Shown piece after piece: positions 1-12,190 of a DNA stretch of 64,000 nt; the first letter of the stretch is position 1, and each line of letters starts with the position of its first letter. Position numbers and translations under genes: made by a program. The DNA is from Lama glama (taxonomy: Eukaryota). The stretch covers positions 48,982,001 through 49,046,000 of the forward strand of contig CM052817.1 in the NCBI GenBank assembly GCA_028534125.1, read 5' to 3'. The notes below the pieces were generated by a model. It did no database searches. It was given only the letters and a program-made list of their open reading frames with translations, and had not been told where the DNA came from.

Positions 1-240
1 ATCAAGTTGAAAATAATTTTCAGGAAAAATATTTGTAGTTTTTTGTTTTGAAATTGAATTAGTAAAATGATATAATCTTCCAAATATTCTTATTCAAGAA
101 ATTAACTGAATGTAGGACTCTTTGATTTGTACTTATAATTCTATACATGCAAGTAAACACAGTTCTCCCGTTGTTGAAAAAGACTTAAAGCAGATTACAT
201 CTGAATTATAAACATCCAAATAAAAATATTTCCACAAATA

Positions 241-745
241 CATCATACACAAAGATAAACTGAAAGTGGCTTAAAGACTTAAAGATAAGATAAGATAAGA
301 CACCTTAAATCTCCTAGAATAGAACATAGGCAAAATATTCTCTGTCATAAATCGTAGCAATATTTTCCCAAGTAAGTCTACCAAGACAATAGATAGAAAT
401 AAGTGAAAAAATAAATAAATGGGACTTAATTAAACTAATAAGGTTTTGCACAACAAAGGAAATCATCAGCAAAAAGAAAAGACAACCCTTGGACTCAAAG
501 AAAATATTTGCAAACGATTCAACTGACAAAGGCTTAATTTGCAGAATATACAAAGAGCTCATGCAACTCAATAACAGCAGCAACAACAACAAAAATTAAC
601 CCAATCAAAAATGGGCAGAAGACCTAAACAGACATTTTTCCAAAGAAGATGTACCGATGGCCAATGGGCACATGAAAAGATGCTCAATATTGCTAACTAT
701 CAGAGAAATGCAAATCAAAACTACAATGAAGTTATCACTTCATAC
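241..745 (+). mobile_element. LINE-1 ORF2 3' region fragment
   Basis: Typical L1 ORF2 motifs (ctcctagaa..aacataggcaaaa, aaatgggacttaattaaact, aaaatgggcagaagacctaaacagacatttttccaaagaaga, gaaatgcaaatcaaaactacaatg). Absent from the paralogous copy. Confidence 0.85.
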
Positions 746-825
746 TAATCAGAAACAGAGAAATAAATGTCAAGAAAATATAAAGGCTACTAGCATACCC
801 TTGCAACAGAACACATCTCCTCCAT

Positions 826-879
826 TTTACACATCAGTCACTTTGTACAACATTTACACATCAGTCACTTTGTACAACA
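826..879. repeat. Perfect 27-bp tandem duplication
   Basis: tttacacatcagtcactttgtacaaca occurs twice in tandem. Confidence 0.95.
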
Positions 880-1089
880 ATCACTGTCAATTCAGAGGCA
901 TTAAGATCCTGTATCCTTCAGATTTGACATAGGGTGATCATTTCTTTAAATTATTTCTGTATTATTAATTATCAATTATCAATAAATAATATGAACTTAA
1001 TAAATATTCTTCAGATTATTCTACCAAGCAAAATATTAGTAGAAGACATCATATTAGGCACAATACCTTTCACCCAAGATGAGACTCAC

Positions 1090-1130
1090 GCGTCAGAGAA
1101 GCTGAAATTTTGAAGTCCTAAGAGAGGATG
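1090..1130 (-). other. Non-coding exon 1 of a second statherin/histatherin-family paralog (probably STATH); the rest of the gene lies left of the window
   Basis: Close match to exon 1 at 18688-18728, an intact gtgagt donor, and TATTTAAATA ~25 bp upstream. The STATH call is inferred from the recalled ruminant gene order CSN2-HSTN-STATH-CSN1S2. Confidence 0.65.
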
Positions 1131-1151
1131 TGCTTCCCTAGAGGACTGAAG

Positions 1152-1161
1152 TATTTAAATA
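1152..1161 (-). promoter_or_regulatory. TATA-like box of the second paralog
   Basis: TATTTAAATA, positionally equivalent to 18753-18759 and resembling the casein-type TTTAAAT box. Confidence 0.6.
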
Positions 1162-1989
1162 CACTGAAATCCTCCACTTGTCTTTCTCAATCATGTTAAT
1201 TATGAGATCATATTATAAAACTGCAAATACTGCCCAAATCCTGTCCCCACAGACACTAAGAGTGAAATTAATAGAGTGATTTACAATAGAATATTGTGAA
1301 ATAGAGTGATCAGGAAGCACATGGAAATGTCAAATGTTAATCTCAGTTTCAATCTAGGAAATGTGATTTTGACAAAGACAAATATGGTAGAATAAATCAC
1401 ATTAGAATTGAAGTGGCAGAAATGTTTCTTGAGAACACCATTTACTTTAGTTCAAGAAATATGTGTTCGAAATGGAACAAATCTATGCCAAAAATATATC
1501 ATCCAATGAAAATTTTACCTTTGTCTAGTATGGTGACAACTGTCAATTAAATTGGAGTCATCATTTATTTCAAATATGTTTCCTACAAACTATTACATTT
1601 TACATTTATTCTATTGACTTTAGGATATTTCCTTAAAGTATATTCAAGTGCTTGGAAAAATTTGGTAATCTTTTGGGTATTGCATGGTAAAATAATTCTT
1701 ATCCTTAAATTAAGTAACCATAAAATCTCAGTAGTATATATTTCACATAGGGACTGGATGCCTATAGTTGGAATTTAATTTCCTTCCTTTGAGTCTTAAA
1801 TGTTTCTCAGTGGAAGTCATGAGTTGACGTAATTATGCTAGATAGAAGAAACTAAACTGGTTTCACTAAGTCCCTAGACAAATTTACAAAAAATATTTCT
1901 TTGCTACTTATTGGGTAATTTAATGTATTCAGAACCAAAAATCAGCAAATCATGTAAAATTTAAATAAATCATACATCTTTATTCATCA

Positions 1990-2175
1990 TTACTCAAAAT
2001 GTGTTGCATGAGACCATCAGAATCAGCATCGCCTGAGAGCTTGTTGGAAATGCAAATTCATTAACCTTCTTTCCAGACACATTGAATCAGACTCTTGGAC
2101 ATGCACTAGGAATCTCATTGTAACAATATCTTCAGGTGATTCTTTTAGCAACATAAAGTTTAAGAAGCCCCATAG
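1990..2175. mobile_element. MER5-like hAT DNA transposon relic (paralogous copy at ~19450-19635)
   Basis: catcagaatcagcatcgcctgagagcttgttggaaatgcaaattc...ggtgattct...aagtttaagaag resembles the MER5A consensus; boundaries approximate. Confidence 0.65.
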
Positions 2176-3516
2176 ATACTCAAAAAAGGTATTACTTGTT
2201 TATAGATATCACCCTATAAATAGAACTTACAATTTTGTATCAGGTATTTTAAGGACATATTTATTAGGTGAATATTTTATGTTGCATATGAACAACCTCC
2301 TTACAAATTATTCTTATTCTCTGGATAGTATACAAAACATACATAATTTATTAAGGCAAAAAAAAGGAAAGTTAAATTCAATTTCAATTATTTTTTAATG
2401 ATTTCTATGCCTTGTAGATATACTGTCTGAAATGCAAACCAAATCTAATTTCTAGTATATTCTGAATGGAGAAAAGATACATAGGTTTCAGCAAGCCCTG
2501 AAACTAGTCTGATTTTTAAAAATGAGCCTTGCTTTATTCATTGCATAAATGACAAATGATTTTCTTCCTTCTTTCCTCTATTCTTAATTTCTCCTGCCTT
2601 TCCTCACTGATTTTCTTCACTCACTTTTGTGCTTATTGATTCATTTAAGCAATGGTCCTAGCTACTATTCTAGATGACCTATGATAGTCACAGCCTAGTG
2701 AGCAAAAAGAAAACAAATGCTCCAGAGGCCCTACCAAGCAACAAGAGCAACAAACACAATCTGCCAAGTAATAAAAATTGATAGATGTTAACATTAATAT
2801 TTAAAACCTACAATTAAACTTAACTCACTAATATGTTAGTTTGGGGCACCAAAATGCAGGTGTTATTCCATCCATCATTTGCTGCTTCAACACGGTAGGA
2901 AGTGGAGGGATTATGTATGACAGTAGGACACAGGAATAGTGGACTCTAAACAAAGAGTGGACTTCTTGTGTTACTTGTGGTTTCATCCTATAGGAACAAT
3001 GGGTCATTTTGGAAGACTGATAAACCAGAACATGTCCTGATAATTTATATTAAGAACACAGATGTCTTGTTCATACTAAACCAAGCACCATCCTGTTTGA
3101 AAATGCCAAGGTCTTTCATTTAGAAGAAAAACATCAATAAAGAGCTACTGTGTATCACAGATGTGGCATTAAGATGGTGGCATTAGAATGCAACCTGTGA
3201 ATGAGTATTGATGGTGATATTATTGCTGGAAAGTCCCAGTCCTTCTCCTCTTTCATTTCTTCCTCTTCCTCCTGCTTGTCCTTCTTCATTTGTCCTACAA
3301 TGAAAGCATGATCTTCAGTCTATGACAAAATTCATGCTTTTATTATTAAATAAAAAACTTTGCATTATATTCCTGTGTGAACTACTAAAAACAAAAAATC
3401 ACAAATGACAATAAAGAACAACTTATGACTGACTACCTGATAACAAAATATCTCCAAGGCATTTGGGATACAAAAATGACGATCTTCTCTTCCTGCCCTT
3501 CAGAGGGTTTACCTTA

Positions 3517-3877
3517 TGTTATGGATTGAATATTGTGTCCCCCCAAATCACATGTTGAAGTCATACCCCCAATATGATGTATTAGTAGGTGAGGCCTCTG
3601 TGAGGAAATTAGGTAGAATGAGATCATAGGGTAGAGCCCCCTCACCCTCGATGGGATTAGAGGCCTTGTAAGAAGAAGAGACACTGGAGCTTTCTCTCTC
3701 TGGACCACGTGAAGAAACAGTAAGTAAGCCAGGCAGTGAGCCTGCACCAGGAAGCCAAGCGTGCTGGCACCCTGCTCTTGGACTTCCCAGTCTCCAGAAC
3801 TAAGAGAAACAAATGTCTGCTGTTTAAGCAACTCAGTCTGTGTCATTTTATTATGGCAGCCTTAGCTGAGTAAGATA
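3517..3877 (+). mobile_element. MaLR LTR (MLT1A/MST-like)
   Basis: Starts tgttatggattgaat..gtccccccaaa and contains ggacttcccagtctccagaact, aaatgtctgctgtttaagc and ttattatggcagcc. Confidence 0.8.
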
Positions 3878-4330
3878 TTTTGTAATTTGTAAAATAGAAA
3901 GTTTAAAGGGGAAGTGAAGTTAGAAAAGACCACGGAGCAAGTGGAATATGTGATTCTAAATTGGGGAGGAAAAGGTCCAGACCAGAGCTTAAGATTTAGA
4001 AGGATTCGTCTATTGATTATAATGTACACTAGAAATTGAAGAGATCATATAGGTATGTGTGTAGAGTCAAGAGAGAAGCAGGCTGAGGAGAGAAATCATA
4101 GATAACGCTGATGTAATGTCTGACAGAAAATACAGAAGTCCTCGGATGTTTTCTAGAAGGGAAAGAAGAACAGAAGAGAGGAGAATTTCCAGCAGTTTGT
4201 GAGCTGTGGAAACCAAGGGGATGAAATTTGAAGAAGGAAGCTTAACTATCATGAACAAATGTTATAATTACCTTGAAGGTTGCTTAATGTCCTTAGACTA
4301 CAGTTTTCAAATGGAAAAGTTATAATAAGT

Positions 4331-4450
4331 ATTTGGACTGCTTTGATAATATATATAAATCACATTGAAAATGAATTTTCAAATATAAACATTTGGACTG
4401 CTTTGAGAATATATATAAATCATATTGTAAGTAGAAAATTTTCAAATATA
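4331..4450. repeat. Imperfect ~60-bp tandem duplication
   Basis: atttggactgctttga(t/g)aatatatataaatca...ttttcaaatataa occurs twice; the paralog has a single copy. Confidence 0.85.
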
Positions 4451-6902
4451 AGTATTATTATTTTATTTTATTATTATGCTCATTAGAAAGAACATCTTAA
4501 TTAAAATATTTTTCTAAGGCTGCATGAGGAAATGAAAACTGAAGTACAGAGATAAAACAACTTTGTCAAATATGAGAGTCACCTGAAACTTAAAGACTGG
4601 TGGGAGAAAGTTAGAAATCTGATCAGACATAGATCAATATACAAAAGAGTGAGAGGGGGGAAATGAAGGCAGTGATGTCAAATGGACTCACTTTTTTTTT
4701 TTTTTTGCTAAATAGGTGACTGTTTTCTGGAATTGACTAATGTATAAGATGAGTTAGATGCATCAGAAAATTAATGTTATTTTTGACAGTTTATTGAAAG
4801 GAAAGAGTGAGAGGTGTATGGCCAAATGAAAGAAAAAAAAATTTAGAAAGCAGTATTAGATTCTACACTTGGGAAATATAAAAGGAACTCTTTTTTTCCT
4901 GTACAGTTTAGTATCTTTGCTAGGACATTCCAGAATTGACATTTTAGCAAGCAGCTACTTAAAGTCAGAGATTCAGAGGAGTATTTGAATTATTGCCAGG
5001 GTCTCTCATTTACAAGGCAAAATCAATAAAAGGCTGCTGCTATGTCAAAGATGTGACATTAAATTGTGGCATAAGGATGCAACATATAAATGTTATGGTG
5101 ATATTATTACTGGATTTTCTTTTCCTTCTTTGTTCTTCTTTTGTTCTTCTTTTTCATGTTTGAAACTGGATTTTTCACTCTCACCTATACAGAAAAAGAA
5201 AATAAAAGATTGCCTAAAATGTACAATGCTGTAAAAGCATATACATTCTAGCCTGTTACAGAATAGCTGTTTACAGATTATTTTACTTATTTATAGCTAA
5301 ATTTATATAAATATATATATAAATATTCATATATATCACTGACTATACTATTAAAGTAACTTAGTGTCTGAGTAGACTATTAAATCTTCATTAAATTAGT
5401 ATCTGAATAAATAGCAATTATCATTCCATTTCTTAATATATTAGACAAAAAAATTTATCATTACACATCCAATGAGAAATAGTTACTCTTTTCACCATAT
5501 ACTGATAGGATGTTATTAATTATTCTAATTAGATCTAGTTTAGTATGCATCTGAAGATGCTGCAACTTCTACAGTTAGAACTGGTGGATCTAATTGAAAT
5601 CTAGATTCACTCAATTTTGTTAGCAAAATAGCTTTAGAGAACTTAAAAGCAACTTTAAAAAAATAATTTTAAAACGATCTCCCTCAAAAAAATAGAATGA
5701 TGCCATTCTTTCACCTCCAGATTGCTTCAAACAGCCTTATAAAGTTCATTGTTTTCTAACCTCCTGCCATTTCTAATTGTCCTCTTGAAATTTCTAATTG
5801 TCCAACAATTTTTTTTTCCAGCAGAACTTCTGGCCACTTTGTTTTGCAGCTTTCCTTTTTGTGTTAGCAGAAAATGTGGCTCACATTCCTCATCTGAAAT
5901 TAAGCTTCCTGAGGGCCAAGTATGTATCTCATTTTTGTAACTACAGCTTCTCCCGTTGTGTAATGTACATGTTGCACACTTAATGAATGCAACATGAAGA
6001 AACAAAAAATACTTCAAGGTGAATATTTCTATTATACAAAGTATAAGTGGAACTATTACTTTTGACATAATAACAATTTTTGAAAAGTGCCCTTTACCTT
6101 TAATGTGTTTCACAGAAACAACTGAGTTTGACAAAACTTTTGACTGGTTAAATTATTTTCATGGTGTTTCTACAGGATGTAGGTATTCCCTGTGCCTTCC
6201 GAAGAAATTGACTACAACTTATTTTTAATGAATGTGTAAAATACATGGTTGCTATAGCACAGTTTTCATTTGAATCAAAATGATTTCACAATTTAAAATG
6301 TCATACCAAAATTTTAAAAATATATAATTAAGTTGTTTCAACATGACTTCCTGATTTTGCATTTTCTGCCTAAATATCTTATTTTATTGTTTCTTGAGTT
6401 GTAGGCATAAAAAAATTACCAAGTGGTCAAATGGAATGATAAACTCAAGACGTAACAGATTTCACTTAAAAAGAAAATATGTATTTAAATTTTAAATGAA
6501 TGGTCCTATCTACATTTAATAAATATTTAAAGTAGTAATATTTAAACCCACACTCTGAAATGCTTAGTTTTCTCTGTTACTTCTACATTCTTACCTCAGA
6601 AGTTCATTACATCTAAGATATATAAAGCCCAAAAAAGTAAAGTATAGAACTGAGACATCTCCAAATCCATTTAAAATAAATGGTCAGATTCATGGTTTTA
6701 TGTTCCTGCTTTGTTATTTCTGTTGTTTGGTTGATGATGAAAAGTTTACACTTTAATATGTTAACTTACCATTTTGTGTAAGAGTTCTTCTAAGACACCA
6801 CACATATCCTTTCACGTTTAAACAATGAAGAAGAATTAGTGTATATGGACTTTAACAGCTATTGAGCAAGTGATGTCTCCTAAAGTCATATTTTCTTGTA
6901 TT

Positions 6903-7230
6903 TGTCACCGGGACCTTCGTTAAGGGCAGGGAAGAGTCACGGGACTGGAGGTATACTGAAGGGTTCGAGTCAAGAATCTCTCGGTTTATTGCACCCAACT
7001 AGAACCCAACATAGGTTAGGCGAAGTAGAGAAAAGGAAGTAAGGGTCCACTCCAAGGAGAAGTGAGGAAGGAGGCATCTCTGTACAAGCCGTGGTCTCTG
7101 ATCTGGCGATGGCTGTCACAACTGTGAGGGGGAAGTAACCTTCGCTCTGATGGGGCCTCCAGCAGCATCTCTTGGAACAACTCTCAGCAGCATGGAGTCT
7201 GGGTCTCTGGCAAACAGCTTTCGAATCACC
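6903..7230 (-). mobile_element. Probable ERV LTR fragment
   Basis: Abrupt GC/CpG-richer island starting tgtcacc, with a minus-strand AATAAA at 6985-6990; no TSD found. Confidence 0.45.
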
Positions 7231-7329
7231 TAGTTAAATATGATGATGTTTATCTTTGGATGTTAAGTATGTGTGATTGTTAATTTTACTTTACACTTTC
7301 ACATACTTCTAGTTGTCTGTGATGAAGTA

Positions 7330-9155
7330 ATACTGCTAGTAAAATTAGAATGAAAACAATAAATTCATTAAAAATGGAAAAAAAATCCAAAAAACAAAAA
7401 CGCCAAAATTAACAGGCATGAACCAAAAAAAAGGAAAGTATGACTCACAATAGAGAGAGAAGTCAATAAACAGAAATGAGACCAGGTATAGAATTAGTAA
7501 ACAAATATATTGAAATATTTATTGTAATTATATCTAGATGATAACAGAAGGCATGCTTGAGCATGTTTGAAAATACAAGGTCTGAGATGCAAAGCATGTT
7601 GACTATAATTAATAGCAGGATTAGAAAAAAAGATGAGGGAACTTGAAAGAGTATGGAAGGAGAAAAGATTAGGAATCTTGAAAATATAGCAATAAAGCTA
7701 TCCAAAATAACATGGACAAAAAAAAAGGGGAAGTAGTACAAAACAGCAGTACTTCAAGGAAGTGTGGGTCAACGTGTGTGTTAATACATGTATAATTATA
7801 GTGAAGGAGTGAAAAATGTCCACATATTAGGAAAACTATAAACCATAGATCAAGAAGCTCAACAAATGATGACTGCAAGAGCGTGAAACAAATTACTATG
7901 AACACATTACAGGGACATTGCTTGCAAGCAGCCAACAAAAAAATATTAAAAAGTAGCCAGAGAAAAAAGATATCATATACAGAGTAGCAGAGGTGAATGA
8001 TGGCTGACTTGCTTTTGCAAAATATATAAGCTAGAAGGGATTGGCAATTTTTTTAAGTACTCAGAAAAAAATATCTGTCAAAAAATACCATAATCTGTGA
8101 AAACATCCTTCTACCATGAAGATATAATATTTTTTTTCAGACTCACAAAGCTGAATGAATTATGACTAGCTGACTTACCAGAAATACTTAAAGAAATTTC
8201 TACTGGCAGAAGTCAAGTGATACCATGTAGAAATTTGTATCTACTCAAAGGAAGCACAAGGAAAATGGTAAATAGAGAGATGCAGATGAAACACCTCAAT
8301 TACCTGTGTTTTAAAACTCTCCAAAATTATAAAAAAATTTAAAAATATAATTACAATGTATGGTGTGGATTTTAATGTATGTACAATTAAAATATATGAT
8401 AACAACACCACATAGGGCAGTGAGATAGGAGGGTACTGTTTTAAGATTCCCTATCATGATGGCTAATATTTAAAAAAGACAGATGACAAGTGTTGTTGAG
8501 GAAGAGGAGGAAAGGGAGCCCTTATGCACTGTGGGAATGTAAATCTGTGCATTCCCTAGGAAAAAACATTATGGAGGTATCTCAAAAAACTAAAACTAGA
8601 GCTACGATCTAATCCCACCCTCCCATGTCTGGGTACTTATCTGAAGGAATTGAAACCAGGATCTCACGGTGACCCTTGTACTTTCAAGTTCACTGCAGCA
8701 TTATTTACAATAGCCAAGATGTGGGAACAATTTAAACATGCACCAACGGATGGATGGAGAGGGAAAATGCGGTATATGCGCATGGCAGAATACAACATGC
8801 AGCTTTAAAAAAGGAAGAAATCTGCCCTTTAGGACAACATGGACAGATCTGAAAATTTTTATTCTAAGAGAAATAAACCAGACACAGAAAGGCAAATATT
8901 GTATGGTACCCCTTATGTGTAGAATCTACACTTGTCAAACACACAGAAGCACAGAATAAAACTGGAGCCAGGGACGGGAGTGAGTGGCACACAAGAAAGT
9001 GTTGGTCAGATGGTACAAGGTTTCAGTCATGTAAAATAAGTAAGTCCTGAGACCTGCCCTACAGCACAGTGCCTAGCAAGCAATCCTGTATTTTATCCTT
9101 AAGATATGCAAAGGAGGACCTCATGTTAAGTGTTCTTACCACATACAAACACGTA

Positions 9156-9208
<53 letters not shown>

Positions 9209-9380
9209 AATAATAATAATAATAATAATAATAGAATGAGAGGAAAGAAGGAGAAAGGGTGTGGGCAGAAATATTCTGAGGTTATGGGTATGTTTACGGA
9301 GTTGATGGTGGTGACGGTTTCATGGGTATGAAACCCCGAACTCATCCCCAAACTCCTACCTCAGTAAAGTAGTTTGAAAA
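7330..9380 (+). mobile_element. Old LINE-1 fragments (ORF1-region relic followed by an L1MA/MB-like 3' end)
   Basis: A-rich plus strand with L1 motifs: gatcaagaagctcaac, agccagagaaaaaaga, tgggaatgtaaat, cactgcagcattatttacaatagccaagatgtgg, aagtgttcttaccac. Confidence 0.75.
9156..9233. repeat. Compound (ATG)n(AAT)n microsatellite
   Basis: Seen directly. Confidence 0.95.
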
Positions 9381-10977
9381 AATTAGAAAATACATTTGTG
9401 TTGTTTTAAGCCACTAGGTTTCCTGTAATTTGTTACAGCAGCAATAGGAAGCTAATCTAGACAGCGTGGGAGTATCACAAGTAGCATGGGCTTTGGAATC
9501 TAATGGACATGAATTTTGATTTTCTTCTCTAACATTCACTAATTGTGTGATTTAGGCAAGTGACTTAATTCTGGTCAAGGCTGGATTTTTCATCTGGATG
9601 TAATAACTTCTGATTCAACAGGATAATGTAAAGACCTAATAAAATTACTTGTGGGGAAGAACTTAGCCCTCAAGTCTAGACAGTGGTTATCATTCTTGCT
9701 GCCATTTTTAGATACTTGTTCTACGTCAGGCATTGCATAAGTATCTTGTTTTTGTTATTTCATGAATTCCTTCCAGAGACTCCTTTAGGATGTCGGTACT
9801 CAAGAAGATAGAGTTCAGACAGGCTAAGTTAATTGGTGAGAATCGTGCCACCAGAAATTGAGAGAGCCATAATTAAAACACTTGAAAAAATATATATGCA
9901 TGTGCAGATACCTATTTGAGTGACAGGCCATTTATCAGTCATTTTAACATTGATACTTAAATCTATCCTCTTCCAAAAGAAAACCATAAATAAAATTATT
10001 TCTCAGTGCCCAATTTGTTAGCAATGCTTGATGGATGGAATGTCTACATGACATCTCGCCGTCTGTATTTTGAAACTATGCTGTACTTAAACTCTTTTAT
10101 GAATAACACTGTGATCACAAATAATGAGCTTTTAGCCATATATATATATACACACAAAAGTATACATGCACATTTTATTATATATAATAATAATAATTTA
10201 TTAATGTATACATTGGTTATATGGAAAAAGTGAAGGGCAGAGGAGGGAAAAAATGTTTATTCCTAGGTTTTGAATCTCAGCATCTGCACAGTGAAATTAA
10301 CCGAGACTGGGTGAGGAGCCCAGCACGGAGTTTTACACAACACATATAACTTAGCATCTACCACTTCCCTTACTCTGATTCTTCCCTCAGTGTGAGTACC
10401 ACTCCTTCTGTTCCCTTCAAAATTCTTTGGTTCCAACAGCAGCCCTCTCTGCTGTGTTCAACCCCCAGGCAACAGGTCCTTAGTTTGGGCTGCTTCACTC
10501 AGGAAGAGAAGCTTTGTCTCCATTAATTTTGGTGAATAAAAGTTTCTATCTCATAAAAATTGTAGTACAGCATCATTGGCCGATTTTTAGCTGCCAACAT
10601 CTACCATCATTGCATAGCTAAGATTTTCTTTCCAGTTTCATGCTGAAAGGTGAATCTGTTTTCCATGTAAATGTGATTAAAATTAAAGGCAAGATTTTCA
10701 CTAGTAGGTTAGTGATTTCATGCAAACTGTATGGATTGACGTTTCTTTTATAAAGAATATTTTGCAATTAAAATGAGATTGACTAGATGATTTTCTTGTT
10801 TTTAGAATAGCCACTCAGCTCCGGCATGACTTGATTTCTTTCATAATCATTGTCCCAGAGGTTATAAAATAGTATTGTATGTCTTTTCTTTATAAATACT
10901 GACATTTTGAAGAATGTTATGAGAATTTACGTAGCATAGCTGCAGAAAATTTTTATTTGCAGTTAAAATAAGGATGG

Positions 10978-11405
10978 GTGTAATTGGGACAATTGCGTCA
11001 TTCCTCCAAAGATATGCTGAATCCCTAGATCCCAATATTTCAGAATGTGACCTTATTTGGAAATATGGGTTATTGTAGATGTAATTAGTTAAGATGAGGC
11101 CTTGCTGAAGTAGGCTGGGCTCTTAACTGAATACAACTGATGTCTTTATAAGAAGACAGAGACACAGAGGGAGAAGGTGGCTTTGTGATAAAAGAGACAG
11201 AGATCGAAGAGATGTGTGATGATTTTACGAACCAAGAAATGCCAAGGATTGTGAGGAGATGCTGGATACTAGAAAAGCAAGACATTGTGCCCTAGTGCTT
11301 TCAGACAGAGCAAGGCTCTGCCCATAGTACTGTGAGAATATAAGTTTCTGTTTTTTAGCCGCCATTTCCGGCACTTTGTTAAAGCAGCCCTAGGACGCTA
11401 ATACA
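10978..11405 (+). mobile_element. MaLR LTR (MLT1B/C-like)
   Basis: gaatgtgaccttatttggaaat...gatgtaattagttaagatgagg...gcagccctagga..ctaataca. Confidence 0.8.
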
Positions 11406-11419
11406 ATGGGTTACCCAGT

Positions 11420-11692
11420 GCATGCTTGATAGATCGATTTATTACGCAAGGCTTTTTTTTTTTAATTTTCAAAATACTTTAACAGAGAAAAGAAAGGTCA
11501 GATTATCATTACTACTGTTTTAAAATTATTGATATTTGATCTAAGGTGTGTATTCTTTATGTAACACTACTTGATTGAATTTTCTTTTTCTTTTTTTTTT
11601 CTTTCTTTGTTTTGAAAGCTGGAATTTGGACACAGCAGGAAGAATAGGAAGAATCATTGTGAGTACAAAGCAAATAGGACTTCTCACCAAGT
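11420..11692 (-). other. HSTN: HSTN-like gene terminal (3'UTR) exon 6
   Basis: Acceptor ttttctccttatccacag; minus-strand AATAAA at 11438-11443. The segment cacaatgattcttcctattcttcctgctgtgt resembles the recalled bovine HSTN 3'UTR. Confidence 0.55.
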
Positions 11693-11799
11693 CTGTGGAT
11701 AAGGAGAAAACATACATTTTATTAAATTTGAACAATAAATGAATCATTGCTAATGTCTTTACGTTTTCTTATTTTTCAGTTATATCCAGATATAACTCT

Positions 11800-12190
11800 T
11801 TCTGACTAACCAAGTGTTCACAATTGCCCATTTGTTACCCCTGCTTGTCTCCTCCCTTCCCACCTTCCTTGGTGCCTTTGACCTTTGCGTGCCCCAAGCC
11901 TGGACAACCAGTAAAAAAGTGGAACGTGCCCTCTTATCAGCTTATCCTGAGAATCAGCTGACCAGAGTGGACACCCTTTCTACTGGTCATTTCCTTCTGC
12001 TTGCCCAACTTCCCCTAAAAGTTTCTGCTAATCTTTGCTTACCTCTCTTATCCTATAAAGAAAAGCCTTTTTCTGTTCGCCTTTGAAACTCTTGCAGATT
12101 TCTGAGATTTGAACTTTCTTCCTATTGCAATGATCTTTGTTATGAATAAAATCTCTCCTTGTCTAAGTTTAGAACTGTTCTTCTTGGACA
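11800..12190 (+). mobile_element. ERV-type LTR in the last intron of the HSTN-like gene
   Basis: TATAAA at 12054-12059, cctattgcaa box, AATAAA at 12145-12150, ends ...ggaca; left boundary approximate. Confidence 0.55.

Larger units (their letters stand above)
1..5000. repeat. Segmental duplicate (copy 1) of the HSTN-like gene intron 1/exon 1/5' flank; paralogous to ~17353-22695
   Basis: Collinear similarity read by eye: 1-40 vs 17353-17390, 1075-1260 vs 18670-18860, 2860-3230 vs 20320-20700, 4560-5000 vs 22250-22695. Both copies share MER5 and MLT1 insertions. Confidence 0.9.

Noticed and set aside
314..932. ORFs at 314-592 and 657-932
   Set aside because: Derived from a decayed L1 ORF2 and a tandem repeat
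9136..9351. Poly-Leu/poly-Ser ORF
   Set aside because: Translation of a microsatellite
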